From positions 291,101 to 355,100 of the forward strand of contig OZ287696.1 in NCBI GenBank assembly GCA_965649825.1: DNA of 64,000 bases, in the 5' to 3' direction. Shown here in pieces: positions 11,485 to 23,595 of the stretch (its first letter is position 1; each line of letters starts with the position of its first letter). The DNA is from Penicillus capitatus. Its lineage: Eukaryota > Plantae > Chlorophyta. The notes below the pieces were generated by a model, which worked only from the letters and a program-made list of their open reading frames with translations, had not been told where the DNA came from and made no database searches. A program made the translations under genes and the position numbers.

Positions 11485-14077
11485 ATGAAAAGTGTGTGGG
11501 AAAATCAGAGACACTATGGCGTTGCAGGATGGCTTGGACCAGCGCCATTCGAAAGAAAACAATGGACCGATGCCGAAGGGCAGCCCGTTGCCGTAGAACA
11601 GGCAAGGCTTCCGCCACATGACATCCACTGGACACCTGTCCTCACTGGTGTGCTCGTCCATCGAACGCATACGATGCGAGGACCTTTGGGCTCTGCTTGC
11701 ATCCAGATCTGACGGATGGAGAGGGATGGATATATGGCACATCTTTTGAACACATTCCGCGCTCCAGACCAGGAGGCCGCGCTTGCAAACGTGCGACGGA
11801 TCGCGTACGTCAACGTCAGTGGCAATTTACTGAAAAGGTTGGACGTGGTTTCCAAATCGCATGTTAAGGAAAAGAGGTCTGACCTGACAGGCAGAACGCA
11901 ACGCTCGGTCTTTTCATGCATCCGGTCGCAATGGACGACCTGTCGATGTTCAGAGGTCAGCAATGGTCTCTATGGATGTCAGTGATTGAATGTTGTATAT
12001 AGGGGACTACAACAATTCATGTTCTTCCTCACAGGTCTGTGCTGTTATACACAACCATACGTGACTGTCTCAAACACCTGGATTTGTGGATGTAGAGATA
12101 CAATTGAGAAAAAAGCTGTGGGAGTATCTACCATGGGATCCCATCGCCTGGCTGCTCGTTCATGCTGAGCATCAAGAGTATCTAAGGTATCTCTTTCATC
12201 TGGTGGCAGAAGAGTGTGAGATGTGACTTACTCTGTCTGGCCAGTTCCTTCGAATCCTTACAGCTTCGTTTGAATGAATGTGTGACCCAACGATCCGATG
12301 ACGCAGTGGAAGATCTGCTGACCAGTCTTTCTATGGGTGCGACAATCTCGCGTGCAGCCTATGGCTATGCCATGGCAGCCGGTCATCTAAACACCATCGA
12401 AAATTTCATCGCTATGCACACCATCCATGCCCAATAGTATGACAATTGTCAATGAAGCGACAGAGATGGCTGAGATTGCAGGTGGTGAGCAGTTTCGATC
12501 CGGTAGCAGGCGCGTCGATCGATGCCAACCTCGAAGCGGTACGACAGTTTACTGGATTTGCAAAGGAAGACATTATCATGTCCGACTGGAGCAACAGAGA
12601 ATTCCAACCGTGCCACTTTTTGGCCAAAGATGCACGGCATCAATCCATTGTCTTGGCGATTCGGGGCTCCATGGAAATGGGCGATTTGGTGACAGACATC
12701 TCGGGCGCTCCACTGACAGTCAACATTGGCGGCGTTTCTGGAAAAGTACACGAAGGTCTGGTCACACTCTTGTCACACAGTTGACGATCAATTTGCTTCT
12801 CATTCTCAGGATCGATGGCGGCTGCCATCTATGTGCAGTGCAAGACAGCCCCCTTTCTTCAAGATCTCTTTAAAAAGCATCCAGGATGGTCACTCTTCAT
12901 TACGGGCCACTCGATCGGAGGAGGAGTGGCCGCCTTGTTGGCATTAATTCTTAAGTTTGAAAACACACTGCCTGCCACTGTCGGCTCTCTTCGTTGCGTC
13001 GCCATCGGCTCCGCTGCAGGTGCGCCCAAAACACTCCAAACAACGTATACATCCATTTCCTGCAGTCATGTCTGAAAACCTGGCAGAGTTCTGCAAAGAC
13101 TTTGTGACAACCCTGGTATTCCGTTACGATGTTGTACCTCGTCTCAGTGCCTACAGCATCGAATCCATGATGGTGGAGCTCGCAAATGCCAGTCCAGCTA
13201 AGAAAACAGTGGATACCATCGTGCAGCACGCCACATCTGCGATACAGTCTATCAAGCAAAAATTTGTTCAACTCACAGGATCGATGGAGAAGGACGTCAC
13301 CAAGAATGTCGTTGCCGATCTCAGATGGACACAGCAACTTGCAGAAGACAGTGATGTCGTTGCCCGTGCGCTTCGTGATGTTGAAGAAGCTTTCAAGACA
13401 GGAAATGCAGCAGCAGCATCTGGAGCCTCGCCACTATCGGGTTCACCTTCTCAGGCAACGGCCGCTGTCCAACAGGCAAATCGATCTTTCAGTCCACTCT
13501 TTCCTCCCGGTCGTGTTCTGTGGCTCTTCGGATCTAACTTGATCGATCTGGATCAAACAAACAATTCCGCAGCCATTGGTCGCCAAGATCCGTGGTGGGA
13601 GCAACTACAGACCTGGTCCAAAGAGAAGATCATTTCCTTTCAGAAAAATGTACCGGTCCATGACGACGCCAACACACAGAAGAGTCTTCAATATCCTCTA
13701 CCCTTGCTGATTCCGACGTAGAGCATGTTGCAGGTATAAGTGCCAAGGTTGCCAGCGACATGTCGTGGCTTCGAGAGTGGCTGGACTACTATCACACATC
13801 GTCCAAAGAGTGAGATCTTCTACCCTCTCAAACATTCCACAGTAGCAGCGCCTGTGACTCTTGCAGAATGGAAGTGCCAAAGGATAAGGCGGCTGCTGTC
13901 TCTGACACACCGCGTGCCGAAGCTGTGCTGATCGAGGCCGAGAGAAAGAGCTTCAGCCGTTTGCTTATACATCCCTTAATGATGCAGGATCACCTTCCGC
14001 GATCGTACGTCGAGTCGATTCATCGACTGCAATTCCACCGTCGCAATCGTCAGGAGACCACAGATCCAACCTTGTAA
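11485..14077 (+). CDS. Class 3 lipase (diacylglycerol-lipase-like), multi-exon
   Basis: IVLAIRGSMEMGDLVTD, KVHEG, LFITGHSIGGGVAALLA, VFRYDVVPRLS and MMQDHLPRSY. 5' end uncertain. Confidence 0.85.
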
Positions 14078-14322
14078 AGCTTCATGCGCGTTCTCCGAGA
14101 TTTGCGCATCCCGGATCTGCGACGTGAGACGGATCGTGGGATCCCTCGTATAGGGGTTCCTCGCATTCGGTCAATCGTCGCACCAAGGGTTCATTTTCTT
14201 CGTAACGTTCATAACTTTGCGGCAACGACGGCATCGTTCGCCGTCTTTCCCGACGAAAGGTGTGTGCCATTCTAAAAGGACCATCGGTAGAGAGTACAGA
14301 AGCGGGTTTCAGATTTGCAGCT

Positions 14323-15747
14323 ATGAGTCTTCGGAAGTTGTGGAGATGGACACAAAAGCCTTTCTGGTTTTTGACAAAACAAAAGAAGAGAGATAGTGAC
14401 CGCGTGACGCCAAAGAAGACAGATGAACCTGAAAAGCCTCTCTCACCCGAACAACAGAAGAAACTTGACGAAATGGTGCGATCTCTCCCCGCATGAGTGA
14501 TGAGCATTTCTGTCGTCTATTTGCATCAGATGTACTGGTATGATCAAAGTCAGAGGAAATTTAATCTGGACGGACGCGAGATGCCGCTTTTTCAGGCCAT
14601 AGAGAAGATGCACGAGAAGATGTCGGCGAATGAACGATCCGTAAACGTCGATACACTTGAAGAGCTGAAGAAGAGCTACACGTATTGGCCAACATTTTTC
14701 TTCTGGTGAGTTCATATGGGGATGATGATGATGCTGCTGCTTTACAGAATGGAAGAGTTGTTGACATTCTTGCCGGCGAACTATTTCCGACGCGATGCTC
14801 CGAAGCAGCAGCTGTCGACAGCGGACGAAAGAAAACTGGAACTGACAAGGATAACGGGCGGCGTGTGTGACAAAGGGTTCTGGGGTGGAAGCGAATATGC
14901 ATTTGGTATCTTTGCCAGGACGAATGTCCTTCGAGAGCGTCTGCAAAACTGGAAAAGAGTTTCTGTCGCCGATGTACCTATCCCTCACTCCTGTCCTCTC
15001 CACTTGCCGATGTCTTGTGTTTATTAGGCGTACAAGAATCCTCACCTGTTGCTGGACATAATCCGTCACTGTTCTGATATGGAGCTGACACTCATGGTCG
15101 TCCCTCGCAAGAAACTGTCGATTCGCAAACTCCAATGGTTGACTCATGCATAACGGATCAAAACTCAAAGCGTGCTGTCTAGGGAGTATAGACAACGACT
15201 TATGAGTACCTTGAGAAGTTGGCACGCCGAACAAGATAAGGAACTCTTACTGGGAGTGCAGTACCTCATCAGAATGTTCGATACGGATCGCCTTATGGGA
15301 AATGTGAAATGGGTGAGAGGCACAAGGATTCTGCCAGATACGCAGCTCATTTTCACGACAAAAGAAAAGAGTATGCTCTCAGTCGAGGTGATCAATCCTG
15401 GGATGCTCAAAGATCAGGAGACATGTTTCCTCGGCTTAAACCACGAAAAGCTCGTCACCCATTGCGTTTTCGACCAGTTTTTGGGTGCTCATCCGATTGA
15501 TCGCAAAGCGAAGGAGCTGTTCGTGCGCAATCTCAAACGGATTCTCTATGGCAGCGAACTCGATCCCGATGGCGATGACTATCGCTATGAGATAGCGTTT
15601 CACAAAGCGAAAGAGTACGCAATGCAACGCCGCATTGAAGAACGCATGAAGCATTTCGTCACAAAAAAGCCTCTGACTGAATTAACACCCATTCCCACTC
15701 GCGAGGATAAGGATATCGTAAATCAATTCATGCCAATCATAAATTGA
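14323..15747 (+). CDS. Hypothetical protein (~5 exons)
   Basis: ORFs 14260-14496, 14497-14709, 14716-15027 and 15172-15747 can be joined by GT-AG introns into one frame. No family recognised. Confidence 0.55.
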
Positions 15748-16137
15748 ACGCGTGCAAGAATAGAGTCTTGTGTTGGGTCGTAAGGACAGTCTTTGCTGGG
15801 GACTTCGAGTGTGGCAGGGACCGGTTTTGTGTTGGCATTGATAACATTGCGGATCATGTTGGCGATGTACTGGTTTATGAGAATGACTGCCACGTCGTCC
15901 CGCGCAGCAAACTCCTTGTAGGCTGATTCGATCTGCTTCGTTGTGGTCTTGGCGTCCACGACGAGGAAGTTGGATTTGCGACGAATATCAAGGTGACCTG
16001 CACAAACAAACATCGAACGGAGAAGCCACGAGGTGAGAGCACGCACCGATGCCTGCCAGGAGCAAACCGGTAACTGTGTCCTCATCGCCTATCACGGCGA
16101 GTACAGCGCCATCAACGTTTGCAGCAGTGGTAGCCAT
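15723..16137 (-). CDS. VHA-F: V-type proton ATPase subunit F
   Basis: LAVIGDEDTVTGLLLAGIG|H, NFLVVD, DDVAVILINQYIANMIR and LEVPSKDCPYDPTQDSIL. Confidence 0.95.
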
Positions 16138-16439
16138 TGGAGACACAGAAAGGCCGTTTGAGCGACAATGAACGGTCGAGACAGGGAATGATAGTCACAT
16201 CATCGATCTGCTCGCATCTTAGCAGCAACCTCTCTAGTATCTCATCATCTGACACGACCGCACTCTTCTTGCTATAAGCTCTCTCCGTCATCTTGACGAA
16301 CAGGGTAGGGCTGTCACAAAGAAACTGCCAAGGGGCAAGAGGATCAATCCTGATGCGCTGACACAACATACTTCAGTCGTAGCTTCTGCGTAGCAAACGA
16401 CAAATCTTTCCGTCTACATTTCTATATGACGATAGAGCA

Positions 16440-19400
16440 ATGGACGCTACAAGGACTGTTTTGAGAAGTGCCATGGTTATTTTATCAATTCGCAATTTAA
16501 TGAGATCTAGGTGACGATGAGGGTCTTGGTGGATGGTGGAGCCGAGATTGACGCAAGAGATCAACAGGGGTACATGCCGATGATTAGAGCTGTCGGTGTC
16601 TTAAGCTATGTTTTACAGATCAGTCGGCTACATGCTCTTCGGATCTATGGTTTGGACTCAGGAGCAGCCTTGATTTAGACTCGGTCTTCAACCCGGTAAA
16701 CTAAGGTTCACTTATACACATGCTAAGGTGTCTGTCAGTGCCGAGTTAGGGAAAGCGAATATCGTTCTGAAGTCTCGATAAACCTGAAGAACGAAACAAG
16801 AAGTTTCGTACAGTAGCAACTTTGTCACATAGTGTTGTTTGGCGCAAAGATCGCCGTTTGTATCTCACAGAGTGCGGTTTTCGTGTTAGAATTCGTGGAC
16901 GAGGTAGTCGAGCCGAGAAAAACACAGCGCTAACGATCCCATAGAAGTGTATACCGTTGTGGACCGTTGTCGTGCTGCGCACGGACAACCATGGAAAGAC
17001 CGAGCTGTACAGTCGATTGAATACAAACCAGCCGTCCATGATCCGAGGACTGCACGACACAGTGAGAGACATGCGGCACGTTGCACGGCGACACAGTTGT
17101 TTGGATCCTGTCCTATGCGTCTGTCACTGTCCTATCGATTTTTCATGAGGCAGGTGTAAACTACATAGTGACAGACGAATGAACTTCGTGCACTCGATGG
17201 CACTGAATTTGCCAAACTGCAATGCTTTATCCTCTTCCTCGTCGATACCAACAACGTCCAACGAAAACTCGGGTGCTCATGTGACACGATACACCAGCTG
17301 AATGTGTCTATTCACGTTTCTAGGAGAGTCAGCCCACGGTAAGATTGAATCGACCGTTTATCAGTGTCCTCTGGAGAAGGCGTCACTTGAATGTGGCCAA
17401 AACAGGTCTTTGATCTCCCTTCGAATGAACAGCAGGTTTTTCACTGACTGGGTCTGGTACCATCATTTCACAGTTCTGGGTGTCTCGCGGAATGTGGCCA
17501 ACACCCATTGGTGTCCTCAGTTGAGCGACAGCGTCGTCGAACTGACGTAATTCTGCACAGACAGCATTGTCTGCTGTCCATCACGGACCATGCCAACCAA
17601 GAACATCGTCAAAGACCCATAAGCTGGTCAAGACGGAGGACATGTCGTCAACAGACACCGCTTCTGTCGACGCAACGCCATGATGCCTCCCTCAACGGGT
17701 GCCCCGTCTCCGAATGAACGAGGTGGCGAAGACGGCATGTGCCAGTACGTCATAGCGCATGCAATCGTCAGTAATGAAGGACGCAAGAAATTCAGCGTCT
17801 CCTTTACCCTTAACAAGATTCCACAACGACCATCTCTCGTTTCGTCATCGATGTCTTCAACGGCATAGACTGGTAACCCGTCTTCTCCCGAACGAACATT
17901 ACACAGCACAAGTTGACAAGGCAATTCTATCGCGCTTCTGTCGAGACATTCGAGATTTGCTGACGAGGCACGTCGACGAGACTCCATTTATCCGTGCTGT
18001 CTTTGTCAACCGTCCTGCCCGACGACATGAATGCCCATCCAGATGCCAGCAGTGTTTTGCCGTCGCCGCCACTGCTATCGTACGCTGAGGATGAGAAGGA
18101 GGAATGCATGTCCGTAAGCATCGTCGGATGTCCAATGAATGACGGACGGTTGTGAAAACAGAAAGACGATGCGCTTGTGCGAATCTGCACGTCACGCCCA
18201 ATCAGACGGCGCTCTCTCCGCCCTTATCCATCGATCGTATCGGCAAAGCATGTCAACCTCCGAAACCGTCGAAAACGATAGCAACCGCACGCGGGAAGCA
18301 CGAAATCGTCAAGATTTGGGGTCCATCGAGAACATCCGAGAGTGGAATGTCAACTTTATCGACCTCCCGACAGAAGAACTCGTAAGAGGCTAATGCTGAG
18401 AGCCATTCTGAAACAGATGAGATCTCAGATAACACTCTGCTTTGACATCTTCAAAGACATGTGCCCCGAGGAATTCGAGATGACAGATGATGTCGTGATT
18501 CAGTTCTTGAAAGCCGTCGCGTCGCACTACCGGGCAAATCCGTACCATACATTCCTGCATGCATGCTATGTTCTTCATTCTGTTTGGATGGTCGGATCTC
18601 TGTGCTCATACACATGACGTGCCGGTGTGATGTCCGATCGAATGGTGTAGATCATGACAACGACAGCTCTGCCTCGATATCTACTTCCCTACGAAAGACT
18701 GGCACTGTTCATTGCTGCGATTTGCCATGATGTGGATCATGACGGTATGTTTGACAGCATCAAAGACTCAAGCTTCATCTGACAGCGATGGTCGATGTGT
18801 CTGTTCTGTCAAGGGTACACGAATCAATTCCATGTCAGCAGTAGGTCAGAAATGGCACTGCGTTACAATGGCGGGGCTGTGCTCGAGAAGCACCATTGTA
18901 ACACTGCCTTTGTCATTCTGAAGAGACAGGACTGCGGAATGCTACAGTCGTTGCCTCAGCGGCTCCAGACACAGGTCCGTGATGTCATCACACTTCTTCC
19001 CTCTCTCAATCACAACGACGTCGTCATTCAGATTCAGAAAGTTATCATCCAGTATATCATGGGCACAGACATGTTCATTCACGAAGAGCTTGTTTCGGAG
19101 CTCCTTCCGCTGGAACTCCCCAAAGTACTGCGTGCCTCCCTGCAGTGATCCAACTTTCACGACATGTGTATACAGGCCAATGAGAATGAGAATCATCCGA
19201 TTGAGTGCCCAGAGCACATCCCTACACTTTTGGGAAAATCTGTTTTGCATGCATCAGATTTGTCCAACCCTGTTCGATCCTTCGAAGTGGATTACTTCAT
19301 GGCTGAAAGGGTCAAGGATGAATTCAGGTAAAGACAAAGACAGGTATGCTATTGAACATCCGATGCTGCATGGGTGTCATTCCAGGAATCAAATCGTACG

Positions 19401-19711
19401 GGAGAAAGAACTGGGGCTGCCCACATCACCCTGCATGGATATTCAGACCGAAGCCGAGAAGTATGAAGCCGAAGTCAACTTCATTAATAATTTTGTAAAA
19501 CCTCTTTGGGGTGATCGTCCTTTCCTCTCTCACTCAATGCAATGTGTGATGTGCAGAACAACTGGCTCGAATTTTTCCTTCTTTGGAATGCTGTGTTCGT
19601 CAAATGAAAGCAAACGGGGATCAATTTGCACAACTTGCAGAAAGGGCGAGGCGTAATGAAGCATCCACGGCTGTCGATTATGGAACTCTCACCCAGACCT
19701 CTGATAAATAG
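16440..19711 (+). CDS. Class I cyclic-nucleotide phosphodiesterase, multi-exon; N-terminal part poorly resolved
   Basis: YRANPYHTFLHA, AAICHDVDHDG|YTN, LEKHHCNTAF, IMGTDMFIH and LHASDLSNP. The catalytic domain (~18.3-19.7 kb) is firm; the start is speculative. Confidence 0.8.
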
Positions 19712-19967
19712 GGGCCCTTTCTGAATCCTTTAGTTTATCATAAATTTATTGCTGCAGTCGGACGAGAATCAAAAGTTTCATTCTTCGAATGGCATCAGTG
19801 TTTCTGTCATCTTCTGCATCTGATGCTAACTGACGGCAGAAAGAATTTATTTGCCTCAACCGTTCAGGAACAGACACTGCAAAACATAGATCACTTATCT
19901 CTGCTCACAATTGTCAATCAATGTAATGAATGTACTGTCTGTACCTTCTAGTTGATGCATCGTCCCT

Positions 19968-20583
19968 TTACAAACGCACACACACAAAATGAATACGATT
20001 CCTCTTTGCGTTCTCTCTGACATGATGCATTTGCTTAACGAATACCGACGCTGGTAGATTGTTCCATCTTTCGACCAGTGAGTGCCTCGTAACTATGCGA
20101 GAGTGAAGATTGTTTTTGGGGTAGCAAAAAAATCGTGTTCGCTGCAATGAATTTTGACTTTGTCGTTGACATTCAACTAGCGAAGATGCCTTGGCGTTTA
20201 AAGGGAACCAAGGTGACGTCATTGTCACTCTTCTCGATCCATGCGTCGCATGATCCGCTTTTCGCGCCGGCTTTATTGTCTCGTAAGGTCACAGTTGCGC
20301 CAAAAGTGTGACGTGGGAAGTCGTCTCTCGGATTTGGTGTCCGCAGGGCCGATGTCTGTACACCAGAAATTGCAAAATCTCCGCGTTCCACTAGCGTCTC
20401 GAATAAAGACGCCTCGTCGTTCTGACAGTCGCCGTTAGTGGACAAATTGAAAAGGCGCCGCGACTCGCAGCCGATGAGAGCAGATGAAGGCATCGTCAAT
20501 GGCGAAAAGCTGTCGAAACGCGCAGATATGATGAGATACAGACGAGGAGAGATGCGGAAATAGGTGCTGGCGCATCGACGCAA
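19968..20583 (-). CDS. Possible hypothetical protein
   Basis: Two overlapping minus-strand ORFs fill the gap between PDE and PPD2. No motif recognised. Confidence 0.2.
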
Positions 20584-20615
20584 TTGTGTGCGACGAAAGT
20601 CTGCCTCATCGGCTG

Positions 20616-21420
20616 TCAGAGAACGACAAATGATGTGACAGCTCGTTTCAGGGACTCAAAGTCGTCCAAACCATCTATCTTGCACTGGCCATTGACAATG
20701 AAGAGCCGAAAGTCGTTAATCGTCACACCTGGCACACCATGCAATAGTGTGATAAAAGTGAGAACTGACCTGTAACGATGCGTTTTGTTCCTCGAGTCGT
20801 ACGGAGTTCATAGACGTAAATGTCATATAGAACATCCTGCTTAATGACCTCACTCTTCTGTTCCAGGAGTTGTAGATCGAGAAAACCATCCTTCAGAAAG
20901 AGCCCTAGTTCTTTGCTTTTTAGTTTCTGCTCACCTTCTGTCGTTCAACATTGAACAGCCGTTCTCCAATCTCCTCCAAGGATCCAAACTTCTCAAGTGA
21001 TACGACCTTCACTGGATTGATGGTGATGCCGAGATTGCTTGAGCTTCGCCGACGGTTTTTAAAGAGAACCTCTGCTCCTGGCTTTACGGATTGAATCCAA
21101 GATGAAGGGACTGAGATTTCGTAACGATTTCGAGGATCTTTGTACAAACGGACGCCGTCTTCGGACTCTGCCTCCGAAGCTATAGCTGTCTGATCGCTCT
21201 GCAATGAATGGAACCAGATCCCTCCTGAGGCAACGAGGCACTCCCTTCTTGTCCGTCCACTTTGTCCGTCCTCGTTGGATCTGTTACTGCTAGAGACAGG
21301 TCGCTGACGAAGTCCAGTCATATCACTCTTTTCATGCCATTCCTGTCGAAAGGCGTTGCCAGAAATCCACGAAGATCGATCCAGAGACGGGACGCATCTG
21401 ATCGATCGGCGGGTCAGCAT
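20616..21420 (-). CDS. PPD2: PsbP-domain thylakoid lumen protein (PPD2-like)
   Basis: Transit/TAT-like RTRRECL, then YKDPRNRYEISVPSSW, NLGITINPVKVVSLEKFGS and YELRTTRGTKRIVT. An alternative start exists at 21471. Confidence 0.75.
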
Positions 21421-21469
21421 CGCGAATGATCCAAAGACATTGATTGCGTCACGAGGGAAAGATTGGTGC

Positions 21470-22348
21470 ATGAAGATGAAAACCTTCGGTACACATACCA
21501 CAGCGCCTTCTTTGGGGAGTCGCTCTTCTGATTGCTTTCGTTTGTTGCCGCCTCGGCAGAAACGGACTCCTCTGCGACGTAAGAGATTGCAAACAGATCG
21601 AAGCGAGAGCTCGTCGTGATCTTCAGGGCAGACTCTAATCGTCGCGGAAGGCGATCAGAACAAGAGGGATGTGTTCGACGAATTCGAGAGATGGAGGCGG
21701 AATACGCGTATGAAGTGGAGACTGAAGAAGTTTGAATGGATTGACAAAATGGAAAAGAAACGAGCAGAATTCAAGTGCTTCTCACACATTTGTTTAAGAA
21801 GCATAAGGGAACATCTGCTCTGATGACAGACAGAAGCCCTTAGTGCAAGCATTCGATCGAAAGATGGCCCGGCTGCGTGCGACTCTCGATCCCCTGTTCA
21901 GATCTTGGACGTGGCTTCTGGATAGGAAGTCTGACTTTACGCTAGGGTGCATCGATGCACTCAACCACTCACTCTTCCGAACAATGTTCTCACACTTTTA
22001 GAATGATGGAGTTTGTGGGCGAAGAGGTCAAGGCTCGATGGAAATGGTCCGTCAAATACGAGAGGGAAATCGAGTTCTGGAAAGAATCGATCGGCTACTT
22101 GCAACGTACAATCTGTCGCACGTGTATACGACTGCAGAACACAACGTCCGTTTGTGTGTTTGGCAGATATGTTTTTCACAGTGGTATTACTGGCGTTTAT
22201 TCCTCCATCGTTTGTGCGCGGCATATTGATTCCGATGGTGATGGGCTATTTCATGCATGCGAGTTTTTGGTTATCGCCTCAGGCAGTAACCGTCTATCTC
22301 ACTTTTCCGTTAAGATACGGGCCTGGATATCCTTTCCCTTTTTTCTGA
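21470..22348 (+). CDS. Hypothetical membrane protein with plastid-transit-like N-terminus (5 exons)
   Basis: Four GT-AG introns give an uninterrupted frame from MKMKTFG to ..GYPFPFF*, with C-terminal hydrophobic helices. Confidence 0.55.
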
Positions 22349-23560
22349 GAAGGTTTGCAAGAAAGGAGCGCGATGCTGGTGGAGAGGCATAGATGTCCTC
22401 CTTTGTCTTAGTTCTTTGAGATCGATTTCCAAAACACCAATCTCGTTGTCCTCTGTTCCCAAATCGAACAAGACCTCTCCTAAGAGAAAGTGTGATGCCT
22501 ATGGGGACAATGTGTGACGCACCCCATGGATTTATCGCCATGGTGTGACCATAGCTCTCACGCCTGTCGTTGTGACGGTTCGTTTGTGCAGCAGCGATGA
22601 TATAGCACTGGGTTTCGATCGCCCTAGCTCTGAGCAGCACCTCCCAGTGCGCCTTGCCTGTTGGCACCGTAAAAGCAGATGGCACCTGAGAAAGAGCATC
22701 GACTGACAGAACAGACACCAATGATGGACAAACGAGTAAAACGTCTGCGTGTTGATCAAATCTCAACATCTGGTAGATGTGTGGAAATCGAAGATCATAA
22801 CATACGGTCAGTCCGAGTCTGCCAACGTCACTCTCGCAACATACCACTTGGTCGCCTGCCTTTGTAAACGAGCCCTCGTCTAAGTGGACATCGTTATCGG
22901 GATCCTCGAATGTGAAAAGATGGATCTTCCTGTAGCAAGCGACCACATTTCCCAGGGCATTCACGACAACATGCGTGTTAAACAGATGGCGATCATCCGG
23001 TCCCTTCTCCTGTAAAAGACAGCTGTCGTACAGGAGATGATAAAATGAATGCGGAGAGAGAATGTGTGATATGGAGACGGCTCGTCGAGAGTGTTGAGAA
23101 AAACGATCGTTGTTCTGACGCATGTGTCTGTCGTGTACTGTCCGTCGAGAATTAGTTACCTGAAATCCGCCCAGGGACAACCAAAGGCCCATTTCTTTGG
23201 CCAAATCGCGATAGCGTTGCAACGTCGGGCCGTTCAGATCTTCACTTATGGCCAACTGTAGAGCAGAGGTGGCATCGAAGCGACGGCTCAAAGACGCACC
23301 GATTCGGCAGCACTTGTTCCGATAAAGGAGAAGCCCTCTGGCAGAGCGAGGAGCGTACACTCCTGCCGCTTCGCCTTCTTTGCCAGCAGACGCACTTTCT
23401 CAAAGTTTTTCGATGGATCGTCGCCGGAACACATCTGCCCGACGGCCACTCTTTTCGCACGAGGCGTCGTGACACTCATGGCTCGGATGCTCCTTATAAG
23501 CGTCGTCCGCACAGACGTAATTCCGTGTCGCATTCGAAGGCTGACGCGATTCATCAGCAT
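22310..23560 (-). CDS. Nitrilase-family deaminated-glutathione amidase (NIT1-like)
   Basis: RVAVGQM, LALPE (Glu), YRKIHLF (Lys), GLTVCYDLRFP (Cys), PSAFTVPTGKAHWEVLLRARAIETQCY and RESYGHTMAINPWG. Confidence 0.93.
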
Positions 23561-23595
23561 TGCATGAGCATTTGAGCAAGGTCCTCGTTCGACAG

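Noticed and set aside
14700-14760. Possible in-frame UGA (selenocysteine or readthrough) formed across the gtgagt donor at ~14706
   Set aside because: An upstream GT donor (AC|gtattg, 66-nt intron) gives an open frame with no UGA, and no SECIS was recognised.
19968-20228. LINE C-terminal relic (RHSLVERWNNLPASV resembles WNxLP tails)
   Set aside because: A single short motif with no RT or endonuclease sequence nearby; chance is likely.
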